Below are positions 1-9,999 of a DNA stretch of 28,028 nt, piece after piece. Numbering within the stretch: position 1 is the first letter of the stretch; each line of letters begins with the position of its first letter. The notes under the pieces were generated by a model. It ran no database searches and had not been told where the DNA came from. It worked only from the letters and a program-made list of their open reading frames with translations. This stretch comes from an uncultured Nitrososphaeria archaeon. GTDB lineage: Archaea > Thermoproteota > Nitrososphaeria > Geothermarchaeales > JDFR-13. The position numbers and the translations under genes were made by a program. The stretch is from positions 1-28,028 of the forward strand of contig CAZHBK010000001.1 in the NCBI GenBank assembly GCA_964530465.1, written 5' to 3'.

Positions 1-25
1 ATTTTAGAGTGAAGACGGTGATTAC

Positions 26-355
26 ATGACGTACGAACATGATAGAGAGTCTGGATATAATGGTCTTGGGTTTACATTAATAGTATTAGGTATTATAGTG
101 GTATTCATTGGTTTTATTCTTATTGCATTTTCATCCATATTACCAGCTTACACTCAAGTTACACAGCCACAGCAAACCCCACAGGGTCAGCCTGGTGGAG
201 GAGTTGTCATAATTGCCCCTATCCCAATAGTACTAACTGGTAGATACGCTGAGATAGCTACTATAGCATTTATAGTCTTTACATTCTTGATATTCCTAGC
301 GATATTCTATTGGTTCCTTAGGATGTCAAGAGCTCCAGTTGAAGTTGTAACTTAA
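26..355 (+). CDS. Small membrane protein, DUF131/TIGR00304-like
   Basis: Two hydrophobic helices flank the motif GGGVVIIAPIPIVL, which resembles the DUF131 signature GGVILIGPIPIVFG. Confidence 0.7.
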   Translation: MTYEHDRESGYNGLGFTLIVLGIIVVFIGFILIAFSSILPAYTQVTQPQQTPQGQPGGGVVIIAPIPIVLTGRYAEIATIAFIVFTFLIFLAIFYWFLRMSRAPVEVVT

Positions 356-360
356 GCTAG

Positions 361-1305
361 TTAGATCTTTAATTTCAATCCTATAGGTCCTCTATAAATT
401 AACTTAGTTGGAGCAATACCTTTATCCTTAAATTCAAGTGCATATGCTGTAAGTCCTACAGCTCTAGCTATATATAGTACTCTGTAGAACTCGCTTAAGT
501 TAAATCCTAAATCTAATAGGGCTAGACCAGTATAGAAGTCTAAATTTAATCCTCTACAATTATAATACTTCCTAACATATTTCTCTAATTTAACTGCATA
601 ATCATATAACTCTATTAAATCATTTGATTTAAGGATTTGGCGAGAGATCTTCTTTAAATCTTCGATGTATCCAACCTTATACTCACTTCTATGAGATAGT
701 ATAAATTCCTTTACATCGTTATCTAACTCATTCCATATTTCATCGATGTTCTTACCTATATCTGACATCTTAAGTAGTATTTCAAGAGGTGATATTATAC
801 AATCACTTACAAAGTTAGCATAACTATTAACTGCAAGGTTTAAAGCTTCAAATAATGTTAGGCCTGACGTAATATACCTAATTACGCTGTAAACGCTGTT
901 ATCAACCATATAGTCTAAGTGAAGGATGAATAAGTTTTGAATATCCCTATATACTCCATCTTTAAATGTATACAATTTAGCTAATAGATCTTGAATCTTC
1001 CCAGACTTGGAAATATACCTTTGCTGTAGTAGGGGTATTGAAGCTACTAGCCCTATTTTCTCATTCAATCTTCTAACTTCAATAATTGTATCTATATTCA
1101 ATCCATACTTACTCACTAAGTTAAATACCTTATGAATTATATCTCTGTTTGGGAATTCACCATATACTAGTAAGTATGCTGTCTCTAAGAATGATAGATT
1201 ACTGTTTATAATGTCAGATGTATCATAACCCCTATAATAGATCTTACCTAATTTATCATGGTGGTATGCTACTTCAGTCTCAGCTTCTCCATACTCTTCA
1301 TTCAT
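361..1305 (-). CDS. Citrate synthase-like protein with degenerate active site
   Basis: Fold motifs GKIYYRGYD, FLETAYLLVYGEFP, LSHR, NLDFYTG, ARAVG and IYRGP are present. The GPLHGGA motif is absent and DHE is changed to DYM. Confidence 0.75.
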   Translation of the reverse strand: MNEEYGEAETEVAYHHDKLGKIYYRGYDTSDIINSNLSFLETAYLLVYGEFPNRDIIHKVFNLVSKYGLNIDTIIEVRRLNEKIGLVASIPLLQQRYISKSGKIQDLLAKLYTFKDGVYRDIQNLFILHLDYMVDNSVYSVIRYITSGLTLFEALNLAVNSYANFVSDCIISPLEILLKMSDIGKNIDEIWNELDNDVKEFILSHRSEYKVGYIEDLKKISRQILKSNDLIELYDYAVKLEKYVRKYYNCRGLNLDFYTGLALLDLGFNLSEFYRVLYIARAVGLTAYALEFKDKGIAPTKLIYRGPIGLKLKI

Positions 1306-1354
1306 ACTTCATCAATAACATAAATAAATCTTGATACTGCTATATTACCTATTC

Positions 1355-2569
1355 TTATCTAACCTTTAATAATTCATCAATACTAGGGTATCTCTCACCT
1401 GCTAATCCATGTAGGAATGATCCACCACTCACGCATAGCATTCCACCCATACTCATTATTATATCACTTAATCCATACATTGCAATTTCCGCTGTTGTAT
1501 CACCACCTAGGAATATTAATCCATTACCGGCAATCATCTTAGTTAATTTAACTCCATTATCAAATCCCTTCTCGAAAACACCTAATGGTCCAGCTCTTAT
1601 TCTAATTCTCTTATTTTCAATCTCTCTCGCATACCATTCTACAGTCTCAGGCCCTATATCATATATGTAGCCTTTAGTTTTACTAATTTCCTTAATAGAT
1701 ACCTCTTTCTTCTCTCCATTCTCTAATATTATGAAGTCTCTCGGATATCTAACATTATACTTCTTAAGAAGTAATCTTGCAGCTTCGAATTCTTCAGGCT
1801 TAAACTTCTTCTTTAAAAACTCATTATTTAATGGATTTAAATCATTTCCATCAACATATGCGAGTAACTGTCCTGGGAGCCCACCCGTATATCCATCCAT
1901 CTTCTCAAGGATTTTAACTAGGTAATTAATCTTCTGTAGTTTAGCACCACCCATTATTATAGCTGCATCATCCTTATCAACTGCTAAGGCCTCACTCAAT
2001 GCCTTCAATTCATATAGCGATCTAACGCCAATGTACGTCTTAGCAATATGTGGGAGTGCCATAACGCTCGTATGAGCTCTGTGCCATACTGGCATTGCAT
2101 CATTTACAGCTGACTTAATAAGACCTTTAAAGAATTCAATAAACATACTCCTATTAGGGTTAAAGTTAGTTTCTTCATCCATCATCCTAATATTATCGAA
2201 TAGTAGTATCTGTCCTCTCTCTAACTTTCCAATCTTCTCTTTAGTCTCCCTACTAAACATCTCATTATATGGTATGTACTCGATATCTACATCACTTGGG
2301 AGCAGCTTTCTAAGAACTATCCAATGCTGTTTAAGTGGAATGAAATCTTTCTGACCCTTCCTCCCCTGATGAGCGATAACCACTAACCCAGTGTACTCAG
2401 ATAGTAGTTGTAAAACGTATGAGTATACCGTAAGCCTATAGCTATTTTCAACAATTCTACCATCTACAACAGGTACATTAATATCAATTCTAATTAATGT
2501 TGGATTCTTAAGTTGACTCGCTAGATTTATCAACCAATAATCTCTAGTTAGATTGTAGTAATCTGGCAT
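1355..2569 (-). CDS. pgk: Phosphoglycerate kinase (divergent)
   Basis: Motifs RIDINVP, AHQGR, DNIRM, NDA...HRAHTS, GGAK, DIGPET, GPLGVFE and GGDT occur in the canonical PGK order. Confidence 0.85.
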   Translation of the reverse strand: MPDYYNLTRDYWLINLASQLKNPTLIRIDINVPVVDGRIVENSYRLTVYSYVLQLLSEYTGLVVIAHQGRKGQKDFIPLKQHWIVLRKLLPSDVDIEYIPYNEMFSRETKEKIGKLERGQILLFDNIRMMDEETNFNPNRSMFIEFFKGLIKSAVNDAMPVWHRAHTSVMALPHIAKTYIGVRSLYELKALSEALAVDKDDAAIIMGGAKLQKINYLVKILEKMDGYTGGLPGQLLAYVDGNDLNPLNNEFLKKKFKPEEFEAARLLLKKYNVRYPRDFIILENGEKKEVSIKEISKTKGYIYDIGPETVEWYAREIENKRIRIRAGPLGVFEKGFDNGVKLTKMIAGNGLIFLGGDTTAEIAMYGLSDIIMSMGGMLCVSGGSFLHGLAGERYPSIDELLKVR

Positions 2570-2800
2570 ATCTAAACACCCAGTACTTTATAACTTCTTA
2601 GAAGACTAAAAATAATACATTACGACCCTAGAGTTAACGTTATATATAAATCTGAATAAAACAATAAGCTTCATTCAATGATAAGATATTAAGACCTTAT
2701 AAGAGTATATATCGTTATTGATATGTCCTATTAAATAGATGCATCGATAATAATCAATATAAAATAGGCCTTTATAACTAGTTAATTTACTAATCCTATC

Positions 2801-3283
2801 TTGATGAGTAAAATTCTAAACAGATATATATTCATGAAGCCTGATATAAGAGGTATAATTGAATGGGCGATTTTAATTACATTAGCTATACTATCAGATC
2901 TTTTATCTATCCTGATGATTATATCTAATATAGTGATACATCTAATTGGCTATACTTTGTTTGGAATAGGATTAATAATACATGCGATATCTCATATTCA
3001 CCATAAGCAAGCACATAGTAAGGCAGGTGAGATAAAGTATATTGTTACCCATGGAATATACTCGAAGATTAGACATCCGGGTTATCTAGGTATAATTCTA
3101 GCATACATTGGTTTTTCACTATGGTGGAATAGTATAGTACCATTGATTATAGCACTAATTCTATCGATATTATTAGTTGTAACTGCCTTAGAGGAGGAGA
3201 AGTTCTTACTTAAAAAGTTTGGTAGAGTGTATGAGGAGTATATGAGGAAGGTTAAATGGAGATTTATACCTGGTTTATTTTAG
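2801..3283 (+). CDS. Isoprenylcysteine carboxylmethyltransferase / phospholipid methyltransferase family membrane protein
   Basis: Motifs VTHGIYSKIRHPGYLG and EEEKFLLKKFGRVYEEY..KV..RFIP, plus several TM helices. The true start may be the ATG at 2804 or 2834. Confidence 0.85.
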   Translation: MMSKILNRYIFMKPDIRGIIEWAILITLAILSDLLSILMIISNIVIHLIGYTLFGIGLIIHAISHIHHKQAHSKAGEIKYIVTHGIYSKIRHPGYLGIILAYIGFSLWWNSIVPLIIALILSILLVVTALEEEKFLLKKFGRVYEEYMRKVKWRFIPGLF

Positions 3284-3300
3284 GCTTTAAGAATTGACTT

Positions 3301-3855
3301 TCATTTAGTGTAAGCAAGTATATAATCATTGTAAACAGCATTAGAGTATATCCTACTAAAACCTTTAGTATAGAGTAATTTATCAATAGCATTAGTAATA
3401 CTCTTATAATCTACACCTTTCATTAATATGGATACCACAATCCCTCTCCTAACATTTGAATATACTTCAAATGTTCTTACAATATCTTGAAAGTGATGTA
3501 TGACAGTATATAGTAAGATCCAGTCTAATGCATTAATTCTAACTGGTGGCTTTTCACCATTACATAGTATAAAATCACATATCTTATCCTTACATCTAGA
3601 GACGGCTTTCTTTAGAGCTTTAAAAGAGATATCTAAGCCAATCAAATATGCATTATTAGAGATATATCTACATAGAAAGCCAGTACCACATCCCACATCC
3701 ATGCAATTTGAACTCTCACATCGATTATATAGATCTAATGTTGAGGCATACTTAATAACTTGTTCCGAAAAATATAGTTCATCATAGGCATCTACAGATA
3801 GATTATAAAGTAGTGCTAACCTCTTAACTCTATTAATTACAGCCTCTCGAGTCAT
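3301..3855 (-). CDS. Class I SAM-dependent methyltransferase
   Basis: Motif I MDVGCGTGF, post-I LIGLDIS and a motif II-like DFILCNGEKPP. Confidence 0.85.
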   Translation of the reverse strand: MTREAVINRVKRLALLYNLSVDAYDELYFSEQVIKYASTLDLYNRCESSNCMDVGCGTGFLCRYISNNAYLIGLDISFKALKKAVSRCKDKICDFILCNGEKPPVRINALDWILLYTVIHHFQDIVRTFEVYSNVRRGIVVSILMKGVDYKSITNAIDKLLYTKGFSRIYSNAVYNDYILAYTK

Positions 3856-3952
3856 CTAGAATTAAATCTAAATTTTAAAATAATTTAATAATCTTCTATT
3901 AGATTGCATTATATACGATAATAGGTGATTCAATCTGATAGATCAATTTTAC

Positions 3953-4417
3953 TTGAAACCGTCTAGACCTTTAGGTATTTCAATAATAGCGGTTTTAGAT
4001 ATCCTAGGTGGTATAATAGCGTTATTCCTGGGATTTATAACCATTATATTAAGTAGTCTTCTATCATTAGTGCCGTATTATGAGATGGTATCTAATTACT
4101 CAGTTAACCCATCGATATTAATAATTTTCTCAGGATTTCCAACAGTGGTACTTGGGGGTTTATTAATTGCTTCGGGATATATGTTGTGGAGAGGTTGGGA
4201 ATTCGCCAGAATCCTTCATATCATTTTGTCAGTTATATCTATACCATGGGGTATATTAACTTTAATTCTAGGATCTAATACATTGATCAGCTTCATAATA
4301 GGTAGCTTTAATATACTTATAAGCTTAATCCTCATATGGTATTTAACAAGATCTCATGTTAAAGCTTTCTTCAAGTATTATACTAGTGGGTATACTGAAG
4401 AAACCTCCATTACTTAA
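3953..4417 (+). CDS. Hypothetical multi-pass membrane protein (RPLG-start archaeal type)
   Basis: RPLGISIIAVL N-terminus, about 4 hydrophobic segments, the G..LW.G..WAR-like motif GYMLWRGWEFAR and a C-terminal VKAFF. TTG start. Confidence 0.65.
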   Translation: MKPSRPLGISIIAVLDILGGIIALFLGFITIILSSLLSLVPYYEMVSNYSVNPSILIIFSGFPTVVLGGLLIASGYMLWRGWEFARILHIILSVISIPWGILTLILGSNTLISFIIGSFNILISLILIWYLTRSHVKAFFKYYTSGYTEETSIT

Positions 4418-5360
4418 CTACTAGTATCCTATCTAGCGGGATCCTATCTATCTTTAAATCCTCACCAGCGAGCCTCCTTCTTCTTACATATTCTTCCGCT
4501 ATTAACTTCTCAATACCATCAGTATCATATCCTAAGTTCATCAATCTCTTAATACCCTCTCTAATTAATTTTAGATATCTAATCTTATTAAATTCCTTAA
4601 CCTCGCTTAGAATCTCCCATATTTGAACTATCCTCTCAGCTAGATATAGATGTATATATTTAATACTATTTGTAAAATCTCCAACTACACATAATTTTTC
4701 AGCTAGGGGTTTTCCGAGTTTTAAATATACATAATCTCGTACATCCTTAGGTATATAGTTTGGTTTATCACCTAATGTCATATCTGTTAAGTTTCTTCCC
4801 AAACCTAATAAGCCACCATATGCAATAAGTCTATATCTAAATCCTAGTGGATCTAGTAGATTCCTTACTCTATTAAGACCGTTATAAGTTGAAAAACCCA
4901 TAATTAGGAATAATGAATCCCTTTTAATACAATTAATTAGTTTCTCTAAGACTGTAGTCATAGTCTTACCGCTAGCTATAGTATCACCAATGATAATAAC
5001 TTCCACGTCTTTAGCCATATCGCATAATCCATAATCCTTAACTACCTTAACTACTATGTCATTAGGCTTATAGTAAATTCTACTCTTAACATCAATATCT
5101 CCAATTTTAAAATCAAGCTTATACTTTCTTAATGCATAATCTAACCCGTAGTATAACCCTCCCTCTAAGATCCTAACTAAGAGAATCCTATGTCTTATGA
5201 GATCTTTAATGAAGTATCTAATTAAATCACATGCTGTATTATTAAGGATTCTTCTTAGTTCATCCCCATATATGTATGGGTTTGAGAACTTCTCTTTAAT
5301 ACCATTACTAATGTAAATGTATGTATTTGGCCATTCAGGATAATTTAAAACCTCCATCAT
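4410..5360 (-). CDS. Type I phosphoribosyltransferase-like protein (UPRTase-like fold), function unknown
   Basis: PRPP-loop-like VIIIGDTIASGKTM, plus ILEGGL, which resembles the ILRAG motif of UPRTases. Confidence 0.55.
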   Translation of the reverse strand: MMEVLNYPEWPNTYIYISNGIKEKFSNPYIYGDELRRILNNTACDLIRYFIKDLIRHRILLVRILEGGLYYGLDYALRKYKLDFKIGDIDVKSRIYYKPNDIVVKVVKDYGLCDMAKDVEVIIIGDTIASGKTMTTVLEKLINCIKRDSLFLIMGFSTYNGLNRVRNLLDPLGFRYRLIAYGGLLGLGRNLTDMTLGDKPNYIPKDVRDYVYLKLGKPLAEKLCVVGDFTNSIKYIHLYLAERIVQIWEILSEVKEFNKIRYLKLIREGIKRLMNLGYDTDGIEKLIAEEYVRRRRLAGEDLKIDRIPLDRILVVK

Positions 5361-5369
5361 TATTTTTAC

Positions 5370-5891
5370 TCAATAGAATTCAATTCGTGTTATTTTAGTA
5401 ATCTCGATTAATATTCTGAAATCGATTAAATATGATAGTATTTTTAACATTAGGGATAGAAGTCTTTCTTTAATAGTATTAAGCGCGGTAATTTTATCAA
5501 TATCTCTAGACGTAGCTATAGCAATATTGAATTCTCCATGATTAAATACAATCCTCAATATAGCTTTAACTCTCTCCATATGGAAATCTGATGTCACTAT
5601 TACTAGATTTCTAATATTCAATTTTAATGCTATATACCTTAAATATATTATATTTCCGAGTGTAGTTCTAGAATGCCATTCGGTAAGATATCTTTTAACC
5701 TTATATCTATATAATAGTCTTCTCATTGCTTCTGCCTCAAGTTTATTACCTAATGTAATGAAGTATTTGAAATCTCCATTTCTATATATCTTGAGTGCTT
5801 TAATAAATCTAGATATAGTTATTAAACTCGGTCTATGATATCTATCTGCTCCTGAAGCTAATAATGCTATTAAGGATTGACTATCTGCCAT
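5370..5891 (-). CDS. YdcF/ElyC/SanA-like (DUF218) protein
   Basis: Motifs SRTTLGN (S.nT.eN-like) and LVIVTSDFHMERVKAI. Confidence 0.8.
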   Translation of the reverse strand: MADSQSLIALLASGADRYHRPSLITISRFIKALKIYRNGDFKYFITLGNKLEAEAMRRLLYRYKVKRYLTEWHSRTTLGNIIYLRYIALKLNIRNLVIVTSDFHMERVKAILRIVFNHGEFNIAIATSRDIDKITALNTIKERLLSLMLKILSYLIDFRILIEITKITRIEFY

Positions 5892-5967
5892 ATACTACTC
5901 ATGAAAAATATATCTTTGTGATTATGTATATTTAAGATATACTTGCTATCTTAGAGCATCTCTTCGG

Positions 5968-8475
5968 GTGTTTAAAATGTTTGTTGCCGCATATTCAAAG
6001 GTCGGCAGAGACTTTACATTTTCAGATTATAAACCGCAGTATCCTAGAGATTTAGAATACTTAATAAAACATTATACGTATGAAATATGGATCGATTTAA
6101 ACTCTAAGTCTATATGGGGTAAGATTTCATTAGACGTAGTTAAGTATAAGGAGCCCACAGATTACATTAGACTTGATGCAGTAGCAATGAATATTAAAAG
6201 AGTATATGATGATTCTGGCGACTTAAATTACGATTATGACGGTAGTATTCTAACGATATATCTTAGAAATCCACTATCCGAATCTCCCACTAGAGTATAT
6301 ATTGAATATAGCACTAAAGAGCCACAGTATGGATTATACTTCATCGAGTCAGGTAATGGAGAGGTAGAGTTAGTATATAGTCAGGGTGAGACCGAATGGC
6401 ATAGATATTGGCTTCCAATATACGATTATCCAAATATGAAGTTTACATCTGAAGCAATAATACATGTTAAAAGAGGATATACCGCTATTTCAAATGGTAG
6501 GCTAGTAGAGCATAAATTCGATGGTGATTGGGAGGTATGGCATTATAAATGTGATTATCCACATAGTAGCTATCTAATAGCTATAGCAGTAGGTAAGTTT
6601 AAAATATTCCGCGATGAGGTTGATGGTATAAAATTAGAGTATATAGTACCTGAAGATCTAGCTGAGTATGTTGATAATACATTTCAGAATACTAAAGATG
6701 CAATTAAATTCTTCAGTGAGTGGCTTGGTGTTAAATACCCATACGATGTATATAGGCAGGTTGTAGTTAAGAGATTTGTAGTTGGTGGTATGGAGAATAT
6801 AACAACTACAATACTAACCGAGCATGTAATGCTTGATAAACATGCTAGGCTAGATTTTGAAAGTGAAGGTCTTATAAGCCATGAATTATCACACCAATGG
6901 TTTGGAGATTTAGTGACTTGCAGAGATTGGTCTCATATATGGATTAATGAGAGTTTCGCCACCTTCCTAGATTCATTATATTACAGGCATTGGAAGGGTA
7001 TGGATGAATTCATATATAGAATGTATCAAAATCTGCAAGCATATCTAAAGGAGTATAAAGATTATTATAGTAGACCGATTGTGTACAGAGTTTATAAGTA
7101 TCCTGAGGAAATGTTTGATCGTCATTCATATCCTAAAGGCGCGTTAGTAATTAATACACTCTTAAATCTATTAGGCGAGGATTTATTTAGGAGTATTGTT
7201 AGGGAGTTTCTAACTAGGTATAAATTTAGAAATGCTGATACCGAGGACTTTAGGAAAGTCGCAGAAGAAGTTTCTGGTAGAAATTTAGAGTGGTTCTTTG
7301 ACCAATATCTATATAATGCTGGGCATCCAGTAGTTAAAGTATCTAAATCATATGATCCTAAGGAGAAACTCCTTAAGATAAGCCTTAAGCAGATGCAGGG
7401 AGATGATTCACCTGAGGTATACAAGCTACCTATAGAGATCGTTATATTAAGGGAGGATGGTACTGAGGTTAAATATAATATCTGGCTTGATGAAAGGGAG
7501 AAGACAATAATAATACCTATGGATTCGAAGCCTAAACACGTCTATATAGATCCATTGTTTAAAGTCTTCATGGTTTTAGACGTAGATTATCCACTCGAAG
7601 ATAAAATCAGCATCCTTAAAGAATCAAAATATGTATACTGGCGTATTTTAATGGCATCATCACTAGGTAGGGAGGTTAGCACTAAAGCTGCAGATGCACT
7701 AGCTAAAGCCGTTGAGAAGGATTCATTTTATGGCGTTTCAATTGAGGCTGCTAAAAGTTTAGGTGGTATGAAGATAGAATATGCTAAGAGGAAGCTTTTA
7801 GAACTTCTTGATAAAGTTAAAGAGCCTAGGGTTAAGAGAGAGGTCATTAATGCATTAGGTAATTATAAAGGATCTGATATAGGAGATAAATTAATTAAGA
7901 TACTATCAGATGATGCTGAGGCATATAGTGTTAGAGCAGCCGCTGCAACTATATTAGGTAAGATTAAGGATAAGAGAGCACTTAAGGTTCTCAAGAAGTA
8001 CATAGATGTTAAAAGCCATGCATACATTATAACTAGAGGTGTATTAAGTGGTCTAGCCGAATATGGTAGTGATGAGGCATTCGAGATAATAAAGAAATAC
8101 CTAGATATAAGAAAACCTGACGTAGTTAGAATAGCGGCTACATCACTATTAGGTAAATTCCCTGAGAAGAAGGAAGTATATAAGTTATTATCGGAACTTG
8201 CGGCTGATAAGGAAGTTAAAGTTAGGAATGCAGTAGTTCTAGCATGTAGAGAGCTTATGAGTTCCGAAGCCATACCAATACTAGAATCCATAATTTCAAG
8301 AGAGAGAATGGGCTGGGGATATAAGGGAGCTAGATTAACAGTTAAGAAGATTAGAGAGCATATGGAGAGAGGCGTTGAATATAAGAAGTTAAGAGAGGAG
8401 ATAGAGAAAGCAGTTGAAGAAACTAGGAGAATTGTCGAGCGTGTTGAGAAACTTGAAGCCAAAGGTTTGGCATAA
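5968..8475 (+). CDS. pepN: M1 family zinc aminopeptidase (aminopeptidase N-like) with C-terminal HEAT repeats and coiled-coil tail
   Basis: GGMEN exopeptidase motif, HELSH-x18-E (WINESF) zinc motif, Y in SYPKG, and HEAT-like repeats (e.g. VRAAAATILGK). The start may be the ATG at 5977. Confidence 0.92.
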   Translation: MFKMFVAAYSKVGRDFTFSDYKPQYPRDLEYLIKHYTYEIWIDLNSKSIWGKISLDVVKYKEPTDYIRLDAVAMNIKRVYDDSGDLNYDYDGSILTIYLRNPLSESPTRVYIEYSTKEPQYGLYFIESGNGEVELVYSQGETEWHRYWLPIYDYPNMKFTSEAIIHVKRGYTAISNGRLVEHKFDGDWEVWHYKCDYPHSSYLIAIAVGKFKIFRDEVDGIKLEYIVPEDLAEYVDNTFQNTKDAIKFFSEWLGVKYPYDVYRQVVVKRFVVGGMENITTTILTEHVMLDKHARLDFESEGLISHELSHQWFGDLVTCRDWSHIWINESFATFLDSLYYRHWKGMDEFIYRMYQNLQAYLKEYKDYYSRPIVYRVYKYPEEMFDRHSYPKGALVINTLLNLLGEDLFRSIVREFLTRYKFRNADTEDFRKVAEEVSGRNLEWFFDQYLYNAGHPVVKVSKSYDPKEKLLKISLKQMQGDDSPEVYKLPIEIVILREDGTEVKYNIWLDEREKTIIIPMDSKPKHVYIDPLFKVFMVLDVDYPLEDKISILKESKYVYWRILMASSLGREVSTKAADALAKAVEKDSFYGVSIEAAKSLGGMKIEYAKRKLLELLDKVKEPRVKREVINALGNYKGSDIGDKLIKILSDDAEAYSVRAAAATILGKIKDKRALKVLKKYIDVKSHAYIITRGVLSGLAEYGSDEAFEIIKKYLDIRKPDVVRIAATSLLGKFPEKKEVYKLLSELAADKEVKVRNAVVLACRELMSSEAIPILESIISRERMGWGYKGARLTVKKIREHMERGVEYKKLREEIEKAVEETRRIVERVEKLEAKGLA

Positions 8476-8589
8476 TACGAGTTAAATTCCCTATCTTATT
8501 TATTTTGAATAGATGATGCTTTAAATAGAAGTAGACCATTTAATGTTCTAGTTAAGCTTTAATTAGTTCGAATTAATTTTATATATTTT

Positions 8590-9288
8590 TTGAATATAAT
8601 GAAGAAGATAAATGAAGAACGTAAAATTAGTATTGCAGAGGCAGTTAGAATAGTTGTATCTAGGCATCCATCGATTTTAGACTGTCTAAGGTTAAATATT
8701 GGTAATTACTCATCAATCGGTAGAAAGATATACGATGAGGTTGTTGAAGCGTTAGGTGGTAGATATCCATCATTATATGCTATTAAGATAGCTCTTAAGA
8801 GATATGCTGAATATCTAAATAGGAATATTTCATCATATGAGGGTAGAATTAAGGATATACTTAGGAATAGCCAGCTTGAAATGATTAATGACGTCACGGT
8901 ATATACGCTTAGGAGTAAGGAATTCTTTAGAAAGATGGGTACAATTCTTGAGAAGATCAGTGAGGGGCATTTTATTCAAGTAACTCAAGGTAGGAGATCT
9001 ATAACTATAGTTGCAGATAGAATTGCATCATCTGAGATCAGCAAGTATATTAATGAGTCTGATATCTTAGATGTTATGAATAATCAATCAGCTATTATAA
9101 TTGTAAGTCCTAAAGATATAATTGAAGTTCCTGGAGTAGTAAATTATATAACGTCACTACTATTCTATGAGGGTATTAATATTACTCAAATTATAAGTAG
9201 CTATATAGATACAATAGTTATAGTTGATAGGAGAGATAGTTTAAGAACATACCAAGTCCTCGAGAAGGAGATTAGAGGGTGTAGATAA
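8590..9288 (+). CDS. Archaeal ACT-domain protein, putative amino-acid-responsive regulator
   Basis: N-terminal SIAEAVR..V..HPSILDCL...IGNYS helical region and C-terminal ACT-like PGVVNYITSLLFYEGINITQIISSY.DTIVIV. The start is probably the ATG at 8599. Confidence 0.75.
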   Translation: MNIMKKINEERKISIAEAVRIVVSRHPSILDCLRLNIGNYSSIGRKIYDEVVEALGGRYPSLYAIKIALKRYAEYLNRNISSYEGRIKDILRNSQLEMINDVTVYTLRSKEFFRKMGTILEKISEGHFIQVTQGRRSITIVADRIASSEISKYINESDILDVMNNQSAIIIVSPKDIIEVPGVVNYITSLLFYEGINITQIISSYIDTIVIVDRRDSLRTYQVLEKEIRGCR

Positions 9289-9291
9289 ATA

Positions 9292-9999
9292 CTACTTACA
9301 TGCCACTATCATTATTAACGAGCCTTTAAATAAGCTATATAAATATGTAGTCCTGAAGATCTTTGAGAATATTTTGAATAATATCTTATTTTCAGGTATT
9401 CTAGTAATTGTATCTGCCAATTTAACCCATGGATTCTTAGCACTACCTGTATGTATTGATGATATTATTGGTACTGCATATTTAATGTAAAGTTTGAGGA
9501 GGAGTTGAATTACGGGATTATCGGGCTTACCTATATCTATATCAATGAAACAACCTCCTTTTCTAATTAATCTACTAAGCATGTATACTGCTTTAAGAAG
9601 GTTTATCGAATCTCTAATACTATATGAGGAATATATTGAATCTATAGAGCTAACCCTAATTGGCGGATTTTCAAATAATCCAACTACAATATCAAATCTA
9701 TTGCTTAGCTCCTTAAGTTTTGTAATGCATCTTAAACTAAGTATGAAGCTTGCATCTAGACATATCACATAGCTCCTACTTATGCTTAGTAGTATCTTAG
9801 CTGTTGAATCTCCAGGCCCAGATCCAGCATCTAATATATTTACGCCTATAATATACTTTACCCCAATCTCTCTAAGTTTATCTGCTAATCCGAGACTTAC
9901 AAGATTATTAACCTTACTATATAATTCTCCAGTTCTTATTATAGAGTTTATGATATCTATCCAATCTTCAAAATTCCTACACTTTCTCTGATTCGGCAA
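9292..9999 (-). CDS. UbiE/MenG-like class I SAM-dependent methyltransferase
   Basis: Motifs LYSKVNNLVSLG, ILDAGSGPG, YSIRD (f.lRd-like) and DIGKPDNP. The TTG start overlaps the htpX stop. Confidence 0.75.
   Translation of the reverse strand: MPNQRKCRNFEDWIDIINSIIRTGELYSKVNNLVSLGLADKLREIGVKYIIGVNILDAGSGPGDSTAKILLSISRSYVICLDASFILSLRCITKLKELSNRFDIVVGLFENPPIRVSSIDSIYSSYSIRDSINLLKAVYMLSRLIRKGGCFIDIDIGKPDNPVIQLLLKLYIKYAVPIISSIHTGSAKNPWVKLADTITRIPENKILFKIFSKIFRTTYLYSLFKGSLIMIVACK

Noticed and set aside
7863-8462. 199-aa antisense ORF, plus other shadow ORFs (1731-1925, 3500-3787, 7122-7424, 8706-8897, 9545-9772, 9782-9991, 10662-10973, 12322-12645, 15087-15320, 15456-15677, 19812-20108, 24602-24832, 25512-25730, 27708-27917)
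   Set aside because: All lie opposite well-supported genes, have Ser/Leu/Ile-rich antisense composition and show no recognisable motifs.
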